From a virus (Duplodnaviria; Heunggongvirae; Uroviricota; Caudoviricetes): a DNA stretch of 64,000 nt. Shown here piece after piece: positions 38,039 through 46,506 of the stretch. Position 1 is the stretch's first letter. Each line of letters begins with the position of its first letter. The stretch lies in IMG/VR virus record IMGVR_UViG_3300043466_001354; one strand, given 5' to 3'. The translations under genes were made by a program, and so were the position numbers. The notes beneath the pieces are model-generated. The model was not told the origin of the DNA, did no database searches, and saw only the letters and a program-made list of their open reading frames with translations.

Positions 38039-38216
38039 CAGGTTTATCTTTCGTTGTTACAGTGTTATCACGGACGTATTCATTACCATCTTCATCTTTG
38101 GTATACGTGAAGCGTTCAGGCTGGCGTTTAAACGTGATATTTGACACCACCCAATACGCACCAACACCAATCACAGCCGCAACGACAATGAAGCCAATCA
38201 TAGTATAAAAAGCCAT
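38031..38216 (-). CDS. Small membrane protein coupled to the SPFH gene
   Basis: Single N-terminal TM (IGFIVVAAVIGVGAYWVV); overlaps the SPFH start. Confidence 0.4.
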   Translation of the reverse strand: MAFYTMIGFIVVAAVIGVGAYWVVSNITFKRQPERFTYTKDEDGNEYVRDNTVTTKDKPDV

Positions 38217-38256
38217 CTATTCCTCCAATTTCCAATTAATAACTAAGTACGCAATA

Positions 38257-38781
38257 TCATGCATTTTTCTTCTCCATAATTACATTGCAAAAGATGTCGA
38301 CAATGGTGATCTTATCGAAGCCTTCATCGAGTTCAGGTTCAACATAGGAATCAGCCATAGCTTCAATGATGTGATGAGGGATAGTCTTCCCAGGACGAGA
38401 ATCAAGGCGACGATCGAGTTCAGCCCACTCTTCAGCAGTCTGAGGAACACGAACGCACCAACATTCCTTGTGATAGTTCTTAGGGAACTTCGACAAGATG
38501 CTCTTACGCTTCTTCGAAGACATATTAGTCTGATCCCAGTACACATCAATCCCTGCGCTGATAGCAATTGCAAGCACATTATTCATATGCTTAGTTGCTT
38601 CGTTGATGTGATCACCGAACACGTCGTCGTAAGACTTACCAGCTTCTTTGGCTCGAGCTTCGATATATGCATCAGTGCTATACACAAAGACGTCTCCACC
38701 AAACTCCGGATCGTCAACAAACGACAATCGAGTCGACTTACCTGAACCAGGCAGACCTACGAGAACTTCAACCTTAGGCAT
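38257..38781 (-). CDS. Polynucleotide 5'-kinase (P-loop kinase domain of T4 Pnk-like, stand-alone)
   Basis: VGLPGSGKST P-loop and WDQTN...R..W parallel the T4 Pnk kinase domain; start set at MPKVEV with a GAGG RBS. Confidence 0.55.
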   Translation of the reverse strand: MPKVEVLVGLPGSGKSTRLSFVDDPEFGGDVFVYSTDAYIEARAKEAGKSYDDVFGDHINEATKHMNNVLAIAISAGIDVYWDQTNMSSKKRKSILSKFPKNYHKECWCVRVPQTAEEWAELDRRLDSRPGKTIPHHIIEAMADSYVEPELDEGFDKITIVDIFCNVIMEKKNA

Positions 38782-39052
38782 CTTCGCCAACCTCTGCATC
38801 TTCAAAAATCTTGTTAAAGGTAATCTCGTTGTATTCGCCACGGCCGGTCATGCCGAGTTCATAAAGTCGGGCCATCATCTTTGCATCGTGTTCAGTCTTG
38901 ATATACATCGATGTGTCGAGATCGCCGTGCAACATACCTACTTCAGTTCTAAAGAAGTCAACTACATACATAGTTTTGGTATAGGAACCGTCAAAGTTGC
39001 CGTAGCAGACGTCGACTTCAACTTCTTCGGGGGTCACGATTGCGATAGCCAT
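38774..39052 (-). CDS. Hypothetical protein
   Basis: 92-aa ORF downstream of a promoter-like element. Confidence 0.4.
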   Translation of the reverse strand: MAIAIVTPEEVEVDVCYGNFDGSYTKTMYVVDFFRTEVGMLHGDLDTSMYIKTEHDAKMMARLYELGMTGRGEYNEITFNKIFEDAEVGEDA

Positions 39053-39078
39053 AGTTGTTCTCCATTGCTTACAATATA

Positions 39079-39107
39079 GATATAATCAATGTAGAAGCAA
39101 ATGTCAA
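39079..39107 (-). promoter_or_regulatory. Early promoter TTGACA-17-TATATC
   Basis: Exact -35 hexamer with a 17-bp spacer upstream of 38774..39052. Confidence 0.45.
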
Positions 39108-39115
39108 TGGCTTTC

Positions 39116-39874
39116 TTAAACTTTTTTTCGAACAGACTCATTATATTTTACGGCAGCTTCTAGCGTCTGTAGCTCGACGCCTGAGTTCTTTGCCGTCTGC
39201 AGAATCGCCGCGGTATCCTTTGGAAAACACGCTCCGCCCCAGCCTCTATCGTTCTCATTTACAAAAGTATGGCTCTCACCGATACGAGAGTCTAACGTGA
39301 CACCAGAGCGAACCGACTCGTAATCCAATCCGAGCGTTTCACAGAAATCGTAGATCTCGTTGAAGAAGCTACACTTTGCCGCAAGAAACGAGTTTCGAAA
39401 ATACTTGATGGCAATTGCGTGCTTTGGCTTACATACAGTTATGCTGATGTCTGGATACACCGTCGTGTAAAAATCTAACCAGTATTGAACGTTACCGCCA
39501 GCCAAGAACGCATGAGTGAGGTTCTTAAGGTCGTCGTCTGCGCTTGCAGCTCGAAGAAATTCTGGACTAAATGTGATGGAGTGTTCAGGAAAGTTTCTTT
39601 CGAGAGTTTCCCATCCCTCCATCGATATCGTGCTCTTAATGAGAATTGGAGCTTCTTTTGGAATGTCTTGAATTACATTATAGATTATGCTCATATCACA
39701 GCTTCCATCTTCAGATGATGGAGTCGAAACACAGACGATAGCACCACTAATGTTTTCTATGTCTTTGATACGAATATTGCTGAAGGCCGGATCTACGATA
39801 GACATTTCGTGATGAGGGCTAAACGCTTTATAGTGAGCTTTACCAACGAAGCCGTATCCTAATAGTACAATCAT
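39116..39874 (-). CDS. ugd: UDP-glucose/GDP-mannose 6-dehydrogenase family protein (short; lacks the C-terminal domain)
   Basis: N-terminal GYGFVG NAD motif and catalytic GWGGACFPKD; only 252 aa versus about 390-450. Confidence 0.55.
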   Translation of the reverse strand: MIVLLGYGFVGKAHYKAFSPHHEMSIVDPAFSNIRIKDIENISGAIVCVSTPSSEDGSCDMSIIYNVIQDIPKEAPILIKSTISMEGWETLERNFPEHSITFSPEFLRAASADDDLKNLTHAFLAGGNVQYWLDFYTTVYPDISITVCKPKHAIAIKYFRNSFLAAKCSFFNEIYDFCETLGLDYESVRSGVTLDSRIGESHTFVNENDRGWGGACFPKDTAAILQTAKNSGVELQTLEAAVKYNESVRKKV

Positions 39875-39884
39875 GGTTTATCCT

Positions 39885-40892
39885 CTAGTTAGTTTTACAG
39901 TTTATAAGATTGTCTCGAAAAATGTTCCAAGCGTTTCCCCAATCCCATTTCATGCTGAATTTGTATACTGATTCTCTATCGAGGTCAAGAGATTTTTTAA
40001 TAGCGATAGTGATATCCTCATCCATATAACCAGTTACATCTTGATCTATTACGTCTAATGGTCCTTGCACAGGATAAGCAGCGACCGGAGTACCGCATGC
40101 CATTGCCTCAATCATCACCAATCCAAATGTATCCCAACGACTAGGAAACACAAAAACATCAGCCTGTTGATAATAATGCGCGAGTTCAGCACCACGTTTG
40201 GCACCTACAAAGTTCACGTAAGGATATTGCTTCTTGTATGTTTCTAACATAGGACCATCGCCTACGATAGTTTTAACTGCATTGGGGTAGTTTATCTCAA
40301 GAAAAGCTTCCAGATTTTTTTCTTTGCTTACTCGACTCACGCAAACGAGGTTAATGTGCGAGCATGGTTCTTTCACTGCCGGTTTGAATATATCCCTATC
40401 AACTCCTCGAGTCCAATGAATAACATTGTTATTAAATCCATGCGCATGAAGTTCATCGACCATTGATTTTGTCGTAGTGAGTACCTTATTGCTATTCTTA
40501 TGGAACCAGCGCACAACTGCCCAAGTAATTCCTTCAGGAATTCCTAGTAACGTCCTTACACCTTCAGGAAACTTAGTATGGTAAGCAGTATTGTACTTAA
40601 TCCCACGTATTGCAAGATACCTTCTAGCAGACATACCCATAGGACCTTCTGTGGCGATGTGTATATAATCCGGATCAATCTTCTTGATCTCTTTCCCAAC
40701 AACCCAAGGAGGTGCCCAGGCAAGCTTAACTTCATTGTACTTTGGGCAATCAATATGGCCGTACATCCCGGGATGAATATAATCAACAGTATAACCGTCG
40801 CGAATCGCATACGTCTCAATATTTTTGTAGGTCGTAACCACACCATTAATCTGATTCGGTAAGTTGTCTGTAACTATTAAGATCTTCGGCAT
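39885..40892 (-). CDS. GT4-family glycosyltransferase (Agt/SqdX-like glycolipid synthase candidate)
   Basis: GT-B architecture with a GT4 C-terminal E-x7-E region (FPSRWDTFGLVMIEAMACGTPV). Confidence 0.65.
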   Translation of the reverse strand: MPKILIVTDNLPNQINGVVTTYKNIETYAIRDGYTVDYIHPGMYGHIDCPKYNEVKLAWAPPWVVGKEIKKIDPDYIHIATEGPMGMSARRYLAIRGIKYNTAYHTKFPEGVRTLLGIPEGITWAVVRWFHKNSNKVLTTTKSMVDELHAHGFNNNVIHWTRGVDRDIFKPAVKEPCSHINLVCVSRVSKEKNLEAFLEINYPNAVKTIVGDGPMLETYKKQYPYVNFVGAKRGAELAHYYQQADVFVFPSRWDTFGLVMIEAMACGTPVAAYPVQGPLDVIDQDVTGYMDEDITIAIKKSLDLDRESVYKFSMKWDWGNAWNIFRDNLINCKTN

Positions 40893-41616
40893 AATGCACT
40901 ATCTCCCATCTTCCATCAAAGTGTTCTACCAGAGCGGTGGCACTCTCGACCCAGTCGCCATCGTTCATGTATATAACACCATTTATTTCTTTTATTTCAG
41001 CATGATGAATGTGACCACAAATTATTCCGTCATATCCATGTTGCTTACAATAGGCAGCTAGATGTTCTTCGTAACGATTGATAAAGTTTAACGCGTGTTT
41101 AGTATTCTGTTTTAGATATTTACTTAAACTCCAATAGTCCATACCAAACAAACTTCTTACTCGATTAAACTGAACATTGGCATATATCATAGCGTCATAC
41201 AAAGTATCTCCAATGTGCATCAACCATTTTTTATCATGCATCAATACGTCAAAGAAGTCACCATGAATAACCAGATAACGTTTGCCGTCTAAACCTATGT
41301 AGTCTTGTCTGTTAGTTACTTTAATATTACCGAAGCTGATATCAAAGTTTAAAAACTTACGGCCTGCTTCATCGTGATTACCTAATATGTATTCTACTCT
41401 AGTGCCACGCTTAGCTGCCGTGAGTATTCTGCGTATCACATTGGCATGACTCTGTGGAAAGTACCAACGTTTCTTTAAGCGCCAACCATCCAGCATATCA
41501 CCAACTAGGAATAGGTTTTCGCTTGTGTTGTTTTTTAAGAAAACACAGAGGGCGTCTGCTTGACACCCTCTGGTTCCTAAATGCACATCACTTATGAAGA
41601 TGCTTTTATATTTCAT
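40846..41616 (-). CDS. Calcineurin-like metallophosphoesterase (PlcP/LpxH-like)
   Basis: Metallophosphoesterase motifs DVHLG, GDMLDGW, GNHD, HGD, GHIHH; 256 aa; overlaps the GT4 start by 47 nt. Confidence 0.65.
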   Translation of the reverse strand: MKYKSIFISDVHLGTRGCQADALCVFLKNNTSENLFLVGDMLDGWRLKKRWYFPQSHANVIRRILTAAKRGTRVEYILGNHDEAGRKFLNFDISFGNIKVTNRQDYIGLDGKRYLVIHGDFFDVLMHDKKWLMHIGDTLYDAMIYANVQFNRVRSLFGMDYWSLSKYLKQNTKHALNFINRYEEHLAAYCKQHGYDGIICGHIHHAEIKEINGVIYMNDGDWVESATALVEHFDGRWEIVHYAEDLNSYRQLTESD

Positions 41617-41618
41617 TC

Positions 41619-42584
41619 TTATTTAAGAGCAGAAACTTCAGCCTGAGTAGCTGCAAGTTCTGGATCTGGAACCAATCCATACTGTGCAAGAGCGCCATCA
41701 GGACCTGCCATCTCATCACTCACGAAGAACTCGATGTATTCCTTCAGACCAGGAATGACGCTGAGGTGAGCGTTCTTCACGTAGAAGTAAAGTGGACGGC
41801 TGATTGGATAGTCACCGCTTGAGATGGTTTCTACGCTTGGTGCCACGCCACTTACCGTGGCAACTTCTAGTTTATCAGTGTTGTTCTGATAGAAGCTAAG
41901 ACCAAACACACCTAGCGATGTTTTATTAGCATCAAGACGAGCAAGTGTTTCTGTGTAGTCGCCATCGATGTCAACTGCTGCACCGTCAGTTCTTACTTTC
42001 ACACAAGCTTTCTTTTGATCGTCATCGAGTTTCTCAACACCGAGAGCTGCTTTACAACCTTCTTCCATCACCTTTACATCGAACACTTCACGAGTGCCGT
42101 GTTTGGTACCTGGAATGTATGCAAGGATTGCTACTTCTGGAAGAGTCGAGTCGACTTCACTCCAGAGTTTTGCAGTGCTCGACTCGTGTAGAGCGCTATA
42201 GAGTTGTTCGACTGTTAGATTATCGATATTAAGTTGATCGATGTTCGATGCAAACACGATACCGTCATAACCAATACGAACCTCAGTCACTTCACCAATT
42301 GCTTCTTCACACTTGGCTCTTTCTTCATCCTTCATCTTTGAAGAACTATTTGCGATGTCAACAGTGTTTTCACCAACACCTTCGCAGAGCTTCTTACGGC
42401 CTGCACCCGAACCACCACCTTCAACTACTGGCGACGGAAAATCAAAATTTTCACCAAATGCCTCTGCGACAATGGTTGCATATGGTAGTACTGTAGACGA
42501 TCCTGTTACTTGAACGTTATCTCTTGCAAACGCAGTCGTGGACGCCAAAGCAATAATTGCCGCCGCTGATAGTAAAGCTTTCAT
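41619..42584 (-). CDS. pstS: Phosphate ABC transporter substrate-binding protein PstS
   Basis: Signal peptide plus TGSSTVLP, GGGSGAG, FGLSFY, YPISRPLYFYV PstS hallmarks. Confidence 0.9.
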   Translation of the reverse strand: MKALLSAAAIIALASTTAFARDNVQVTGSSTVLPYATIVAEAFGENFDFPSPVVEGGGSGAGRKKLCEGVGENTVDIANSSSKMKDEERAKCEEAIGEVTEVRIGYDGIVFASNIDQLNIDNLTVEQLYSALHESSTAKLWSEVDSTLPEVAILAYIPGTKHGTREVFDVKVMEEGCKAALGVEKLDDDQKKACVKVRTDGAAVDIDGDYTETLARLDANKTSLGVFGLSFYQNNTDKLEVATVSGVAPSVETISSGDYPISRPLYFYVKNAHLSVIPGLKEYIEFFVSDEMAGPDGALAQYGLVPDPELAATQAEVSALK

Positions 42585-42643
42585 ATAATTCTCCTTTGTT
42601 TAAATATCCCTATTCATTGGGGATATTACTATATTATATTGAA

Positions 42644-42664
42644 GATGTAACAATCGTATAACAG
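42644..42664 (-). promoter_or_regulatory. Pho-box-like direct repeat CTGTTAT-N4-TTGTTAC upstream of pstS
   Basis: Two 7-bp repeats at 11-bp periodicity, with a TATAAT-like -10 about 10 bp downstream and a 5'-UTR hairpin at 42604-42628. Confidence 0.45.
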
Positions 42665-42685
42665 TTGGAATAAATTTTTGTAAAA

Positions 42686-43345
42686 TTAATCCCAAAGTGA
42701 AAAATAATACTTTCCAAAAAGTCGGTGGCCGTTCTTGATGCGATCGTAGTGAGCTTTCTTACCTTCTTCGTCTACCTTGAACGTATGGTTCGGGCCATAT
42801 TCCATTCTAGAGTATTTGTCGTCTTCTTTTACAAACTTCCAATCAACCTCACCAGAGTAGAATTGATCGTCACCAGTGTCGTCCTTTGCGCATTGCTCGA
42901 ATGCCCAGATCATCTCGTCGAGAACCCAGTCCCAACGTGCTTCGTGGTTATCATCAATGTCCCATTCATCCCTTTTTGGTGGTGCAGCAGTGCTACGAAG
43001 ATGCTCAGGAACATCCTCATCATCAACATAAGGTGCACCGTGCTTGTTCTCTTTCAGCTTCAACAGCAAAGGATGAACAAGCATTGCGATCGTATGATCC
43101 GCACCCCAAACATCGTATCCGTCAACGTGGATCTTAACCTTGCGTTGAGCTTTGTCAAGATACTTATTGATAGTTTTGTTATAGAGAGTTTGAAGGGCAC
43201 TCTCGAGTTTGTAAGTAAACTTGTCCATCCAAGTATACTTGTCTTCATCCATATCCCACCATGTCTCGGCGTACTTTCTATCCATCCAACGATCATGGAC
43301 TTTAGAAATCCAACGGTAGCGATAAGGTCCTATGTATACACGCAT
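42686..43345 (-). CDS. Hypothetical Trp-rich protein
   Basis: 219-aa ORF. Confidence 0.45.
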   Translation of the reverse strand: MRVYIGPYRYRWISKVHDRWMDRKYAETWWDMDEDKYTWMDKFTYKLESALQTLYNKTINKYLDKAQRKVKIHVDGYDVWGADHTIAMLVHPLLLKLKENKHGAPYVDDEDVPEHLRSTAAPPKRDEWDIDDNHEARWDWVLDEMIWAFEQCAKDDTGDDQFYSGEVDWKFVKEDDKYSRMEYGPNHTFKVDEEGKKAHYDRIKNGHRLFGKYYFSLWD

Positions 43346-43347
43346 CT

Positions 43348-43530
43348 TTATCCCTCGTATTTTTCTTTTAGTCGAGCAAGTTCGGCTCGTTCTTTACGTT
43401 CTTTGTCTTTACGCAGCCATCTGATATAGATATCTTGGTCGTATGTACAATCCTTATTGCAGCATTCCCAACCGATAGGACCACAATCGGTGAGTGGCTG
43501 TTTACACCCTTCACATACTAACTCAGTCAT
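43348..43530 (-). CDS. Zinc-ribbon small protein
   Basis: CxxC...CC..C cysteine pattern. Confidence 0.4.
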   Translation of the reverse strand: MTELVCEGCKQPLTDCGPIGWECCNKDCTYDQDIYIRWLRKDKERKERAELARLKEKYEG

Positions 43531-44051
43531 TCGATTACCTCGTTTGGAAACTGTTCTGTTGGTACAAAAACATACTCAGGCTTTTCTGGTTGTGTCCACG
43601 GAAACTCAATAAACACTCGGCTTTCACGACCCGTATAGTAGCTCTTATATGGTTTACCTTCGTCAATATCTGGCGATGAATACCATTCCCAAAACACTCG
43701 ACCATCCATCCAGTATGGTCGCCCATCTTCATCCTTAAAGACAGAACTGTTACGTTTGTTCTGCCACATATCTGCGCTGACTTCCGTCCACTCGTCAGAT
43801 TCGCCAGTCAAAGGAGCAATAGGTTTCCATGATGCGAGCTTCTCAAACAAAGCTACTGCATACGGTGCCGACATACCGCTGTGTCCTTGTTCTGAGAACA
43901 CTTTGAGAAGCTCAAGCGTTCCTTCTGCAAGCCAACGGTTTGGTCCATCTTCTGGATCATTAATATCATATCCAGCCAGTTTAAGTTCGGCTTCCGCCCA
44001 TTTCAACATGTTGCTCATTTGCTTTCCTCTATTAGATTTTTCAAGCGCCAC
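43527..44051 (-). CDS. Hypothetical protein
   Basis: 174-aa ORF. Confidence 0.45.
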   Translation of the reverse strand: MALEKSNRGKQMSNMLKWAEAELKLAGYDINDPEDGPNRWLAEGTLELLKVFSEQGHSGMSAPYAVALFEKLASWKPIAPLTGESDEWTEVSADMWQNKRNSSVFKDEDGRPYWMDGRVFWEWYSSPDIDEGKPYKSYYTGRESRVFIEFPWTQPEKPEYVFVPTEQFPNEVIE

Positions 44052-44203
44052 ATAACGAAGTCATAGTCGCCATCTTCATTTTTATACATTTGGTCATAAG
44101 CAGTTTGAAGCCCTGCGATGTATGCTTTCTTCATAAGGTCAAGCGAGTCTTCACCTGTATCAATATCCATACTGTGATAACCAAGCCATTCATACCAGTT
44201 CAT
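44015..44203 (-). CDS. Hypothetical protein
   Basis: 62-aa ORF. Confidence 0.3.
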   Translation of the reverse strand: MNWYEWLGYHSMDIDTGEDSLDLMKKAYIAGLQTAYDQMYKNEDGDYDFVMWRLKNLIEESK

Positions 44204-44523
44204 TCTTTAGGCTTCTCATTATATGATTGCCAGGGAGTGTACCCTGTGGTGACAATTTTCGTGCCGTAATACGGTCTCATAAACGTAGGACAGTGAATAT
44301 CAGCACAGACATATCCCATTACTCCTCTAAACTCCATTCCACACTTTGAACATTTCACTGGAGGAGTTGGAATACCGTCACGAGGATATGGAACATGAGG
44401 AGGAATTGGATTAGGTTCATCTTTCTTAAGGAGGTGCTGAATGATCAAAGCAACATCATGCTTGATATCTTCAACATCAGACTGAATCTTCTCGATTGCC
44501 TTATTGCGTTCTTCTTTATTCAT
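44200..44523 (-). CDS. Hypothetical protein with a C-terminal zinc-ribbon-like region
   Basis: CSKCG...C...HC pattern. Confidence 0.4.
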   Translation of the reverse strand: MNKEERNKAIEKIQSDVEDIKHDVALIIQHLLKKDEPNPIPPHVPYPRDGIPTPPVKCSKCGMEFRGVMGYVCADIHCPTFMRPYYGTKIVTTGYTPWQSYNEKPKE

Positions 44524-44885
44524 TAGTTAATATCCTCATCTTCCCATTCTTTGGTGTATATCACATTTGAAGGTCGGTTGTACTTTTCAATCAGTGGCTT
44601 GATCTGGTCACGACGATAGCCAGCAAGACCACAACCAATAGGAGTCAGTAGAAACTCATCATCAGGATTAGCATATGCATACTTGATAAAGTCAGCGATG
44701 TGTTGCTCAATTGCTTCAAGAGTAAGAGTCTTAAGACTAAAGTCTTTGGTGGGAATGGCATATGAACAGCCAGTCCGACCAACACCTACACCATACTCTG
44801 CGCCGTAGCGCTCGTGTGCATACTTAGCTGCCCCGGCACCGTGGCGACCAGCAAGGTTAGAACCAAAGACAAAGATCTTAGTCAT
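44523..44885 (-). CDS. Hypothetical Gly-rich nucleotide-binding-like protein
   Basis: FVFGSNLAGRHGAGAA ... PIGCGLAGY, resembling SLOG/macro-like Gly motifs; family not identified. Confidence 0.35.
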   Translation of the reverse strand: MTKIFVFGSNLAGRHGAGAAKYAHERYGAEYGVGVGRTGCSYAIPTKDFSLKTLTLEAIEQHIADFIKYAYANPDDEFLLTPIGCGLAGYRRDQIKPLIEKYNRPSNVIYTKEWEDEDIN

Positions 44886-45030
44886 TTGCGTTCCTCCGCA
44901 ATTCGAATTAACTCAGCCAATAGCAACAGACCAGCAGTTACTTCGGCAACCAGAAACCCTGCAGCCAATCCACCAAATGCGATGACTCGAAGCACGCTCT
45001 TGGCGTATGATAGATACAGAGTAGGTATTT

Positions 45031-45288
45031 TCATTTCTGCACCGCGGTAAATCGTTTCATCCAGTCCGAATGAATTGACTTTTGACCCAAACCAGAAACT
45101 CTGAAGTGTGTTACTCTCATAGATTTTTGATTGGTGTATTGTTCTATGTAAATTTCGCCGTTTTCATCTTCAACAAGTTCTATGGTTCTTTCTTCAATAC
45201 CATCTACGAGTGCTGGATATACTAGATTAAATGTTGGGTGTGGCCAATCCCTAGTGTCTCCGGGTTTTTCTATTAGATAGAGTTTCAT
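45031..45288 (-). CDS. Hypothetical protein
   Basis: 85-aa ORF. Confidence 0.4.
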   Translation of the reverse strand: MKLYLIEKPGDTRDWPHPTFNLVYPALVDGIEERTIELVEDENGEIYIEQYTNQKSMRVTHFRVSGLGQKSIHSDWMKRFTAVQK

Positions 45289-45713
45289 TTATCATACTCC
45301 ACCATTGGGCAGACCTTAGACTTGTACGACTTATACTTTGCAACGAACAGAGAGTCTGGAACTTCTTTGTTTTGGTATTTACGCTTTTCAAAATACTCGC
45401 TGAGGAACATTCCACATACAATTATCGTACCAAACGCAAAAATTACACCAACTACGCTACCTACAACCTTAAAAGTATCCCAAGGATTTTGATAGGCAAC
45501 TACACCAATAACGAAAAGGAACGATAGAATACCGGCCGTGCCGGCCGCTGCGGCCACTAAACGAAACATAGTCACTCGCCAGTATGCGCAGAAGTTATTG
45601 TGCTTTTGCTCCCAAGTGTCTCGCATATACCATTCGTTATCACCACGTTCGTTAAAGAAGTGTTGATTCAGTTTATAGTGCCAAGAGTCACGATTTACTT
45701 TAAATGGTTTCAT
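45285..45713 (-). CDS. Membrane protein
   Basis: Two long hydrophobic helices in the central region. Confidence 0.45.
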   Translation of the reverse strand: MKPFKVNRDSWHYKLNQHFFNERGDNEWYMRDTWEQKHNNFCAYWRVTMFRLVAAAAGTAGILSFLFVIGVVAYQNPWDTFKVVGSVVGVIFAFGTIIVCGMFLSEYFEKRKYQNKEVPDSLFVAKYKSYKSKVCPMVEYDK

Positions 45714-45877
45714 TTCACACAGCTCCCACTAATATATTGCATGCCACTTTCAATGCATTGCTTCTTGAACTCTCTTGTTTGTTCTTCAGTAGTCAGAATC
45801 ATATACCCAACTCCCCACAAGAAGAAGATTGCAACAATTGCAACAAGAATCTCTACCGTATAATCAAGTAGTTTCAT
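45710..45877 (-). CDS. Small membrane protein (55 aa; below the ORF-track cutoff; coordinates approximate)
   Basis: ATGA overlaps at both ends; one TM helix. Confidence 0.3.
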   Translation of the reverse strand: MKLLDYTVEILVAIVAIFFLWGVGYMILTTEEQTREFKKQCIESGMQYISGSCVK

Positions 45878-46350
45878 AGCGAAATTTTCTCCATAATCTT
45901 TTCAAGTTTTTTCAAAGAAGGACTATTATAGTAATTCATCTCATTACGCATTTCCATCCGCAAATCAAATAGATCTCTACGCAGTTCGCCATACACATGT
46001 TCAATGATTGCGTGTTTCATATTCTCGACTGCATGCGTGATCACTTCACCATCTGATGCTCGAATTAGATCTTCTGCAATCCATTCATTAGTACCAATAG
46101 TGACAATGATTGCATATTCTCTAGCAAATCTGGAGCGGTGGTCAATTGGGTCTTTGTCAAAAGTTAGCTTAATCGAATGAAGAGGTTCGAAGATATGCCG
46201 ACGATTGCCGGTTTCTACAGCCTTGAGATTTTCAATTAGTTTCATTCGGTTTCCTTTACGACTTTGTCCACGGAGTAGACCAATAAAAACAGAAGAAGTA
46301 TAAGTCAAGTTGAGCATGTGGTCCATCATGCCAAAACCGATTAATACCAA
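45874..46350 (-). CDS. Hypothetical protein (start uncertain)
   Basis: 158-aa ORF. Confidence 0.4.
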   Translation of the reverse strand: MVLIGFGMMDHMLNLTYTSSVFIGLLRGQSRKGNRMKLIENLKAVETGNRRHIFEPLHSIKLTFDKDPIDHRSRFAREYAIIVTIGTNEWIAEDLIRASDGEVITHAVENMKHAIIEHVYGELRRDLFDLRMEMRNEMNYYNSPSLKKLEKIMEKISL

Positions 46351-46506
46351 AGATCTTCCACTTTAACTTTTTTCGTGCCTCTCTTCCAGTCTTACTAATC
46401 CAATCCCACTTAAAATAATAGAAGTAATGGTCAGTACCAAGAGTTACATCACTCTGCCACCACTCAATACCATCCCGTTCTAGTTTGAACTTCCAAGGAT
46501 ACTGTT

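Noticed and set aside
39085-39101. MotA-box-like TTTGCTT inside the promoter at 39079-39107
   Set aside because: It is a single occurrence overlapping a sigma70-like -35 hexamer. Marine T4-like phages generally lack MotA/AsiA, and no motA or asiA homologue was recognised in this window, so a middle-promoter call is not justified.
42725-43429. 234-aa plus-strand ORF
   Set aside because: It is antisense to 42686..43345 and 43348..43530 inside the minus-strand transcription unit, and no promoter or RBS is evident.
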